The notes beneath the pieces were generated by a model. The model saw only the letters and a list, made by a program, of their open reading frames with translations, ran no database searches and was not told the DNA's origin. DNA of 64,000 bases, taken from an uncultured Acidobacteriota bacterium (lineage in GTDB: Bacteria > Acidobacteriota > Thermoanaerobaculia > Multivoradales > JAHEKO01). Numbering within the stretch: position 1 is the stretch's first letter; every line of letters begins with the position of its first letter. A program made the translations under genes and the position numbers. The stretch is taken from contig CAVQNG010000025.1 of the NCBI GenBank assembly GCA_963713825.1, forward strand, positions 544,001 through 608,000, written 5' to 3'. Below, in pieces: positions 57,118-64,000 of the stretch.

Positions 57118-58496
57118 TCGAGAGCTTTCGCAATATCTTTGCGATTCCCGAGCTGCGCAAGAGGGTGCTGTTCACCTTCGGACTGCTTGCCGTCTATCGG
57201 ATCGGCTGCAACATTCCCACTCCAGGGATCGATCCGCAGGCTCTTGTCGAATTCATGGCGGCAATGCAGAACACGCTGCTGGGCTTCGTGAACACGTTTA
57301 CCGGAGGCAGCTTGAAGCGCGTCGCTGTCTTTGCGCTGGGCATCATGCCCTACATCACGTCGTCCATCATCTTGCAGCTGTTGACGGTCGTGTGGCCGTA
57401 CCTGGAGAAGCTCTCCAAAGAGGGCGAGCTAGGTCGGCGCAAGATCACCCAGTACACGCGCTACCTGACGATGGGTATTTCACTGATCCAGTCGGCGGGT
57501 ATCAGTCTGTGGCTGGAAAAGACCACCACGCCGGGTGGTGCATCGCTGGTGCCTCATCCAGGTTGGGGTTTTCGAGTGATCACTATGCTCACCCTGACCA
57601 CCGGATGTGCCTTCGTGATGTGGCTGGGAGAGCAGATCACCGAACGGGGTGTGGGCAACGGTATCTCCTTGATCATCTTCGCGGGCATCGTGGTCGGTCT
57701 TCCCGGCGCCATCGTTCAGACGATCAGCAGTCTCCAAAGCGGTACCACATCGGTGCTCAAGATGCTGATTCTGATCGTCTTCATGTTTGGGGTGGTGGCC
57801 TTCATCGTTTACATGGAGCGTGCCCAACGTCGAATACCCGTGCAATATGCCAAGCGAGTGGTGGGGCGCAGGATCTACGGTGGGCAAAATACCTATCTGC
57901 CTCTGCGGGTCAACACCGGCGGTGTGATTCCAGTCATCTTCGCCAGTTCAGTGGTGATGATTCCGACGACGATCGCTGGCATGTTCCAGAATGAGTGGTT
58001 GCGGAGCATCGCCGACGCGATCTCCTGGGGGCAGCCGATCTATTACCTGCTCTACGCCAGCGCGATCATCTTCTTCAGCTACTTCTACGTGTCGATCATC
58101 TTCAACCCAGCGGATACGGCTGAAAATCTCCGCAAGTATGGTGGCTTCATTCCAGGTATTCGCTCGGGCAGGCGAACCGCCGAGTACATCGACCGCATCC
58201 TCACGCGGCTGACATTGGTGGGTGCCGTCTACTTGGCAGCCGTCTCCATCCTGCCGGAGTTCCTGCTCAGCGGTATGAAGGTCGAGGGACTGCCGTTTAT
58301 CGGCGCCACCCTCGACGCGGTGATGCCCGCCTGGTTCACCCAGGGAATGGGGATTCAGTTCTACTTCGGTGGCACATCCCTGCTGATCGTTGTCGGTGTC
58401 GCCATGGACACGGTCCAGCAGGTCGAGAGTCAATTGGTGATGCGCAATTACGAAGGATTCATGAAACGAGGGAGGATCCGAGGCCGCAAGGGATAG
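57114..58496 (+). CDS. secY: Preprotein translocase subunit SecY
   Basis: [40 protein letters not shown]. Confidence 0.99.
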   Translation: MIESFRNIFAIPELRKRVLFTFGLLAVYRIGCNIPTPGIDPQALVEFMAAMQNTLLGFVNTFTGGSLKRVAVFALGIMPYITSSIILQLLTVVWPYLEKLSKEGELGRRKITQYTRYLTMGISLIQSAGISLWLEKTTTPGGASLVPHPGWGFRVITMLTLTTGCAFVMWLGEQITERGVGNGISLIIFAGIVVGLPGAIVQTISSLQSGTTSVLKMLILIVFMFGVVAFIVYMERAQRRIPVQYAKRVVGRRIYGGQNTYLPLRVNTGGVIPVIFASSVVMIPTTIAGMFQNEWLRSIADAISWGQPIYYLLYASAIIFFSYFYVSIIFNPADTAENLRKYGGFIPGIRSGRRTAEYIDRILTRLTLVGAVYLAAVSILPEFLLSGMKVEGLPFIGATLDAVMPAWFTQGMGIQFYFGGTSLLIVVGVAMDTVQQVESQLVMRNYEGFMKRGRIRGRKG

Positions 58497-58526
58497 GGCA
58501 ATCCCGGACGATCTCGGAACAGACCT

Positions 58527-59093
58527 GTGATGCGACTCATACTTCTTGGAGCTCCCGGCTCGGGCAAAGGGACCCAGGCGGCCCTTCTGGCCGAAGAGCT
58601 GGCCATCCCTGCCATTTCCACTGGCGAGATGCTGCGCCAGGCCGTGGAAGCAGGGACGACCCTCGGAGAGAAGGTCAGGCAAGTCATGAGCTCGGGAGAT
58701 CTGGTCGACGACGCCACAATGGGGGAAGTCGTCAGGGAGCGCCTTGCCAACGAAGATGCGAAGGGTGGGTTCATCCTGGATGGCTACCCACGCACACTGG
58801 CGCAGGCCGATCTGCTGGCAGAGATCTTGACCGACATGGAGTCGGAGCTGGATGGTGTGCTCTACCTCAAGGTGCCGGAGACCGTCTTGATCGAGCGAAT
58901 TCTGGGCCGAAAGCGTGCCGATGACAAGGAAGATGTCATCCGGCAGCGACTTTTGGTCTACCGCCGACAGACACAGCCGCTGGTCGAGTATTACGAACAG
59001 CGTGGTCAGCTGATTCCTATCGAAGGCGATCGTCTGATCGAAGAGGTCGCAGCGGTCCTGCTGGAGGCCCTGGGCCGGAAGGTGGATGCGTAA
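58527..59093 (+). CDS. adk: Adenylate kinase (short-LID type)
   Basis: GAPGSGKGTQ, STGEM.R, LDGYPR, R.DD. Confidence 0.97.
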   Translation: MMRLILLGAPGSGKGTQAALLAEELAIPAISTGEMLRQAVEAGTTLGEKVRQVMSSGDLVDDATMGEVVRERLANEDAKGGFILDGYPRTLAQADLLAEILTDMESELDGVLYLKVPETVLIERILGRKRADDKEDVIRQRLLVYRRQTQPLVEYYEQRGQLIPIEGDRLIEEVAAVLLEALGRKVDA

Positions 59094-59851
59094 TGGTCCT
59101 GAAGACCAGCGGTGAGATCGAGCTTATGGACGAGGCCAATCGCATCGTCCATCGGGTTCTGGATGGAATCACCGACTTGATCGTCCCTGGTGCGACCACC
59201 GCCGAACTCGATGGCTTCGCGGAGGAGTTCATCCGCCAGGCTGGAGGGGTCCCCGCCTTCCTGAACTACCGCGGGTTCCCAGCCACTCTGTGCACCTCGA
59301 TCAACGACGTCATCGTGCACGGCATCCCGAACGAGACGCCACTGGAGCAGGGGGACATCATCGGTGTCGATTGTGGGGTGCTGTACAAGGGTTACTATGG
59401 CGACGCTGCTCGCACCTATGCTGTGGGTGAGATCAGCTCCCAGGCCTGGCAGTTGATGGAGGTGACTCGGGAGTCGCTCGATCTCGCGATCCAGGTGATC
59501 GAGCCAGGCAAGCGGTTGTCGGACATCGGGCACACGGTTCAGAGCCATGTCGAGAAATTCGGCTTCTCGGTGGTCAGAGAATTCGTTGGGCATGGAATCG
59601 GTGCTGCGCTGCACGAGGATCCGCAGGTGCCCAATTTCGGCCAACCCGGGCGGGGACCCATGCTCGAGCCTGGGATGGTCCTGGCAATCGAGCCCATGGT
59701 CAATGCGGGCCAGCCCGGCGTCAAGGTAGACGCCGATGGTTGGACCGCCCGCACCACCGACGGTGCCCTGTCGGCGCACTACGAGTTTTCGGTTGCAGTG
59801 ACCGAGACGGGGCAAAAAGTTCTAGGCCGCAGCGTGGCTGCGGTTGCTTGA
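59093..59851 (+). CDS. map: Methionine aminopeptidase type I
   Basis: CTS.N..VHGIP, GD.ART, GHGIG..HE.P, IEPM, SAH.E. Confidence 0.97.
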   Translation: MVLKTSGEIELMDEANRIVHRVLDGITDLIVPGATTAELDGFAEEFIRQAGGVPAFLNYRGFPATLCTSINDVIVHGIPNETPLEQGDIIGVDCGVLYKGYYGDAARTYAVGEISSQAWQLMEVTRESLDLAIQVIEPGKRLSDIGHTVQSHVEKFGFSVVREFVGHGIGAALHEDPQVPNFGQPGRGPMLEPGMVLAIEPMVNAGQPGVKVDADGWTARTTDGALSAHYEFSVAVTETGQKVLGRSVAAVA

Positions 59852-59882
59852 CGGCTGTTCGACTGAAGCCCAAGGAGAAGAT

Positions 59883-60101
59883 TTGGCCAAAGAAGAAGCG
59901 ATCGAAGTCGAAGCTGTGGTGGTTGAGCCTCTGCCAAACGCCATGTTTCGTGTCGAGCTCGAGAATGGCCACCAAGTATTGGCACACGTCTCCGGAAAGA
60001 TGCGGAAACACTTCATCCGCATTTTGCCGGGCGACAGAGTCCGTGTGGAGTTGTCTCCGTACGATCTCAGCCGCGGCCGTATCGTCTATAGATTGAGGTA
60101 A
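59883..60101 (+). CDS. infA: Translation initiation factor IF-1
   Basis: [25 protein letters not shown]; TTG start after AAGGAG. Confidence 0.98.
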   Translation: MAKEEAIEVEAVVVEPLPNAMFRVELENGHQVLAHVSGKMRKHFIRILPGDRVRVELSPYDLSRGRIVYRLR

Positions 60102-60115
60102 TCGAGGAAGTCGTT

Positions 60116-60229
60116 ATGAAAGTACGTTCGTCAGTCAAGCGAATGTGTCCAAAGTGCAAGATCATCAGGCGCCACGGTGTCGTTAGGGTGATCTGTGAGA
60201 ACCCCAAACACAAGCAACGACAAGGGTAA
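60116..60229 (+). CDS. rpmJ: 50S ribosomal protein L36 (zinc-binding); below the ORF-track size cutoff
   Basis: Hand translation [37 protein letters not shown]. Confidence 0.98.
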   Translation: MKVRSSVKRMCPKCKIIRRHGVVRVICENPKHKQRQG

Positions 60230-60238
60230 GGTGTAGCC

Positions 60239-60619
60239 ATGGCGCGAATAGCAGGAGTCGATCTGCCTCCGAGCAAACAGGTCTGGGTCGGTCTGACCTA
60301 TATCTACGGTATCGGACGGACTCGGTCTCGCAAGATCCTCGAGACAGCCGAGGTCGAAGCGACAGTCAAGGTCAAGGATCTGACGGAAGAAGAGGCTCGC
60401 CGCATCCGACAGGTGATTCAGGATGAGGGGCGCGTTGAAGGAGATCTGCGAAAAGAGGTCGGACAGAACATCCGGCGTCTCATCGAGATCGGCTCCTACA
60501 GGGGAGTTCGTCATCGAAGGAATCTTCCCTTGCGAGGACAGAGAACGCACACCAATGCGCGTACCCGAAAGGGGCCGAAGCGTGGAGCCGTCGCGGGCAA
60601 GAAGCAGGTCAAGAAATAG
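60239..60619 (+). CDS. rpsM: 30S ribosomal protein S13
   Basis: [25 protein letters not shown]. Confidence 0.99.
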   Translation: MARIAGVDLPPSKQVWVGLTYIYGIGRTRSRKILETAEVEATVKVKDLTEEEARRIRQVIQDEGRVEGDLRKEVGQNIRRLIEIGSYRGVRHRRNLPLRGQRTHTNARTRKGPKRGAVAGKKQVKK

Positions 60620-60634
60620 AAATTGAGGTGAAGG

Positions 60635-61033
60635 ATGGCGAAAGCGCACAGCGGAGGCAAGGACCGGAGGAAGAAGGAAAAGAGGATTGTTCCTCACGGT
60701 GTAGCCCATATCAAGGCGACGTTCAACAACACGTTGATCACGATCTCCGACCCTGAAGGCAATGTGGTGAGCTGGTCTTCGGCCGGTCGAATCGGGTTCA
60801 AGGGCTCGCGGAAGGGAACTCCTTTCGCTGCCCAGGTCGCAGGTCAGAACGCCGCTCAGAATGCTCGGGACGTGGGCATGAGAACGATCGACGTCGAGGT
60901 CAACGGGCCAGGTGGCGGTCGCGAGTCTGCGATTCGCGCTCTGGGATCGGCTGGATTGACGGTGAAGTCCATCCGAGACGTCACTCCGATTCCGCACAAC
61001 GGTTGTCGGCCGCGGAAGCGGAGAAGAGTCTAG
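60635..61033 (+). CDS. rpsK: 30S ribosomal protein S11
   Basis: TFNNT, GFKGSRK.TPFAA, PHNGCRP. Confidence 0.99.
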   Translation: MAKAHSGGKDRRKKEKRIVPHGVAHIKATFNNTLITISDPEGNVVSWSSAGRIGFKGSRKGTPFAAQVAGQNAAQNARDVGMRTIDVEVNGPGGGRESAIRALGSAGLTVKSIRDVTPIPHNGCRPRKRRRV

Positions 61034-61156
61034 AACTCATGAAAAAAGGTCAGGAAACTAGTCATTGGATTCCAGGGGTACTGGTTGCATTCGACGCGAG
61101 TGGTGTCGAGATGAGCCAGGGCCGGCTGATTCGAGCGCGGGAAGGAGAAGGATAAA

Positions 61157-61786
61157 GTGGCACGATATACGGGACCCGTTTGCCGACTGTGTCGTCGGGA
61201 GCGGATGAAATTGTTCCTCAAGGGTGATCGCTGCTTCAAAGAGAAGTGTGCTATTGAGCGGCGAGCCTATCCGCCAGGTCAGCACGGCCAGCGCCGCGGA
61301 CGGCGGCCTTCTGGCTACGGCCCGCAGCTGCGGGAGAAACAGAAGGTCAAGCGAATCTACGGAGTGTTCGAAAAGCAGTTCCGGAACTACTTCGCAGCTG
61401 CTGCTGGCAAGAAGGGGGTCACAGGCGACAACCTCTTGATCAGTCTCGAACGGCGCCTGGACAACGTGGTCTATAGCCTGGGCTTCGCTTCATCGAGATC
61501 CCAGGCCCGGCAACTGGTGCGCCATGGCCACATCGAGGTCGACGGTCGCAAGACGACCATCCCTTCGTATCAGGTCAAGGCCGGCCAGCAGGTCGGGGTC
61601 AAGGAAAACAGCCGCAAGAACGAAATCATTCGAGTCAGCGTGGAGACCGCCAGAGGGCGGGGCATTCCGAGTTGGCTCGAGCTGGACCCAGAGAATTTTG
61701 TCGGCAAGGCCATTGCTCTGCCGACTCGCGACGACATCAAGCTGCCCGTTGAGGAGCAGTTGATCGTCGAGCTGTACAGTCGATAG
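61157..61786 (+). CDS. rpsD: 30S ribosomal protein S4
   Basis: MARY.GP.CR.CRR, QL.EKQK, LE.RLDN, ARQLV.HGH. Confidence 0.99.
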   Translation: MARYTGPVCRLCRRERMKLFLKGDRCFKEKCAIERRAYPPGQHGQRRGRRPSGYGPQLREKQKVKRIYGVFEKQFRNYFAAAAGKKGVTGDNLLISLERRLDNVVYSLGFASSRSQARQLVRHGHIEVDGRKTTIPSYQVKAGQQVGVKENSRKNEIIRVSVETARGRGIPSWLELDPENFVGKAIALPTRDDIKLPVEEQLIVELYSR

Positions 61787-61836
61787 TGGCTGGCTTCTGA
61801 GCGATCCAGGAAACGTCTCGAACAAGGAGTCGTCTT

Positions 61837-62820
61837 ATGCTTTGGAAGGGTTTCCAACGCCCCAAACGAATTGAAGTCGATGGCGAAACGCTGTCGCCGA
61901 CGTATGGCAAGTTCATCGCGCAGCCTTTCGAAAGAGGCTTCGCGACGACGGTGGGCAATGCGCTGCGTCGATCACTCCTCTCCTCGGTCGAAGGTGCCGC
62001 CATTACGTCGGTCCAGATCGAGGGAGTGTTGCACGAGTTCTCCTCCATGCCAGGCGTGGTCGAGGACGTCACAGACATCATCTTGAATCTCAAAGAGATT
62101 CCGATCCTGATGCATTCCGAGGGCCCGAAGTTTCTCAGCTTGGATGTGAGTGGGCCTGGAGAAATCACCGCTGGTCAGTTGACCGGTGACCCGCAGGTCG
62201 AGATCTGCGATCCCGATACGCACATCGCGACTTTGAACGAAGAGGGCAAGCTCAAGCTACAGGCTCAGGTCGTTCTCGGTCGGGGTTATGTCAGCGCCGA
62301 GAAGAACTTCGACGAGAGTCTGGGAATTGGCTGGATTCCGGTGGATTCCGTGCACTCTCCGGTCAAGCGCGTCACCTACAAGGTCGAGGCCGCCCGTGTC
62401 GGGCGCGCCACGGACTACGAGCGCCTCGTCATGGAATTGTGGACGAATGGCACGGTGAAGCCCGAAGAGGCGGTATCGCTTGGGGCCACTCTGCTCAAGG
62501 ATCACTTGACGATTTTCGTCGACTCCGAAGAGAGCATGGTCGAGGAAGTGGCGACCAGTGACGCCGATGAATTCTCCGGTATCGATGCGATTCTGTCGAA
62601 GTCGATTGACGAGTTGGACCTGTCGGTGCGGTCCGCCAATTGTTTGAAGAATGCCAGTATCTACACCTTGCGCGACCTGGTACGCAGGTCCGAGAAAGAC
62701 ATGCTCGAGACCAAGAACTTCGGTCGCAAGTCGCTCGAGGAGGTGCAGGATATTCTGACCAGTCTCGGTCTGCGGCTGGGAATGGACGTTCCCGAGGAGT
62801 CAGTCCGAGCGCCTTTCTAA
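61837..62820 (+). CDS. rpoA: RNA polymerase alpha subunit
   Basis: P.ERG...T.GNALRR.LLSS, HEF, LSVRS.NCL, NFGRKSL. Confidence 0.99.
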   Translation: MLWKGFQRPKRIEVDGETLSPTYGKFIAQPFERGFATTVGNALRRSLLSSVEGAAITSVQIEGVLHEFSSMPGVVEDVTDIILNLKEIPILMHSEGPKFLSLDVSGPGEITAGQLTGDPQVEICDPDTHIATLNEEGKLKLQAQVVLGRGYVSAEKNFDESLGIGWIPVDSVHSPVKRVTYKVEAARVGRATDYERLVMELWTNGTVKPEEAVSLGATLLKDHLTIFVDSEESMVEEVATSDADEFSGIDAILSKSIDELDLSVRSANCLKNASIYTLRDLVRRSEKDMLETKNFGRKSLEEVQDILTSLGLRLGMDVPEESVRAPF

Positions 62821-62843
62821 AGGCCTCGAGCAAGGAGTCGTCA

Positions 62844-63272
62844 ATGCGTCATCAAGTCAAGGGTAGAAAACTGGGGCGGTCTCCCGCCCACCGCAAGGCT
62901 CTCTTTCGCAACCAGTTGAGCTCGCTGGTGAAGGCGGAGCGCATCCGGACGACGCTGCAAAAAGCCAAGGAGCTTCGCCCCCTGGCCGAGAAGGTCGTCA
63001 CGCAAGGTAAGCGCGACACTCTTCATGCGCGGCGCCAGGTCAACCGGCTGATCAGTGACCGGGAGCTGGTCAAGAAGCTGTTCGACGAGATCGCTCCTCG
63101 ATATCACGAGCGGCCGGGTGGCTACACGCGTATTATCAAGCTCGGGCCGCGCAAGGGCGATGGCGCTGAGATGGCTTATCTCGAGTTCGTCGACCGCGGT
63201 GAGGCCGAGACCGCAACGGACAAGAAGAGCAAGAAGGCAACCAAGAAGGCTAAGGCGAAGTCGGACGACTAG
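62844..63272 (+). CDS. rplQ: 50S ribosomal protein L17
   Basis: MRH..GRKLGR...HR, TT..KAKE, GGYTR, R.GD.A; ATG at 62844 after AAGGAG. Confidence 0.98.
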   Translation: MRHQVKGRKLGRSPAHRKALFRNQLSSLVKAERIRTTLQKAKELRPLAEKVVTQGKRDTLHARRQVNRLISDRELVKKLFDEIAPRYHERPGGYTRIIKLGPRKGDGAEMAYLEFVDRGEAETATDKKSKKATKKAKAKSDD

Positions 63273-63316
63273 CGGGCCCACACACGAGCTACGATTGGTT
63301 GTTTCGGCAGCCAGAC

Positions 63317-63355
63317 AAGAAAAACGACCGGCCATCACGGCCGGTCGTTTTTCTT
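63317..63355. terminator. Bidirectional intrinsic terminator between convergent rplQ and the EF-G paralog
   Basis: Perfect 17-bp inverted repeat AAGAAAAACGACCGGCC-ATCAC-GGCCGGTCGTTTTTCTT. Confidence 0.92.
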
Positions 63356-63377
63356 CTGCAGCCTGGAGGAAGTGAAA

Positions 63378-64000
63378 CTAGTGATGATGGTCCTCTTCCT
63401 TCTCCTTCTGCGCTGCGGCGATGATCTTCTCCTGGATCTGCCGGGGGACCTCTTCGTAGTGGAACATCTCCATGTGAAAACTGGAACGTCCCTGGGTCAT
63501 GGACCGCAACGCTGGGGAGTAGTCCAACATCTCGGATAGCGGCACTGTGGCGCTGACGACCTGCGAGCCGTTTTTGCTGTCCATGCCTTGCGGGCGACCG
63601 CGCCTCTGCGACAGGTCGCTCATGATGTCGCCCATGAACTCCTCGGTGGTCGTGATCTCGACCTTCATGATGGGCTCGAGGAGGGTGGGACCCGCCTTGG
63701 CCATGGCGTCCTTGAAGGCCAGTGATCCGGCGATCTTGAATGCCATCTCGGAGGAGTCGACATCGTGATATTGGCCATCTTGAAGCCGCACTTTGAAGCC
63801 GACCACGGGGTACCCGGCCAGATACCCCCGGTGCGCCGCCTCATGGATACCCTTCTCCACAGCTGGCCGGTAGCCTTGGGGAATCGAGCCACCAAAGATC
63901 TCGTCGATGAACTCGAACTCCTCGTCGCCGGTCGTCGGTTCGATGGTGATCCTGCAATCAGCGAATTGACCGCGTCCACCGGTCTGCTTCTTGTGTCGGC
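63378..64000 (-). CDS. Elongation factor G paralog (EF-G2-like), domains IV-V; 5' end outside the window
   Basis: HKKQTGGRGQF, IFGGSIP, YHDVDSSEMAFK, LLEP, LRSMTQGR; frame open to the window edge. Confidence 0.92.
   Translation of the reverse strand, partial: RHKKQTGGRGQFADCRITIEPTTGDEEFEFIDEIFGGSIPQGYRPAVEKGIHEAAHRGYLAGYPVVGFKVRLQDGQYHDVDSSEMAFKIAGSLAFKDAMAKAGPTLLEPIMKVEITTTEEFMGDIMSDLSQRRGRPQGMDSKNGSQVVSATVPLSEMLDYSPALRSMTQGRSSFHMEMFHYEEVPRQIQEKIIAAAQKEKEEDHHH

Overview
GC-rich bacterial chromosome segment, mostly core genome. The Cys-rich insert in RpoB, the insert in FolD and the gene order suggest Acidobacteriota (inference, not verified by search). Bases 1-22 kb hold housekeeping genes: ftsK 3' end, fmt, rsmB, moaC, a NamZ-like gene, a serC-like aminotransferase, serA, ddl, rlpA, purB, argF, rdgB, coaE, folD, ubiE/menG, rplM-rpsI-rpsB-tsf-pyrH-frr-ispD-ispF-rlmB. 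Bases 22.1-29.9 kb hold the Thr-Tyr-Gly-Thr tRNA cluster, split after tRNA-Thr(TGT) by a 7.1 kb block of nine co-oriented accessory genes (cNMP-patatin, LapA, GlsB, dodecin, DUF937, LEA-like, YpfJ-like protease, BON-LysM, MscS). Bases 30-63.3 kb are the tuf-secE-nusG-rif-str-S10-spc-alpha supercluster with two apparently identical tuf copies, closed by a bidirectional terminator facing a second EF-G paralog. No transposase, integrase, CRISPR array or rRNA was seen. The most unusual signal is the 444-nt gap between convergent ddl and rlpA. It holds two tandem, strongly base-paired + strand RNA domains (9523-9682 and 9727-9896) whose hairpin loops are perfectly complementary over 10 nt; the second ends in a tRNA-like ACCA. 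All folds were derived by hand.
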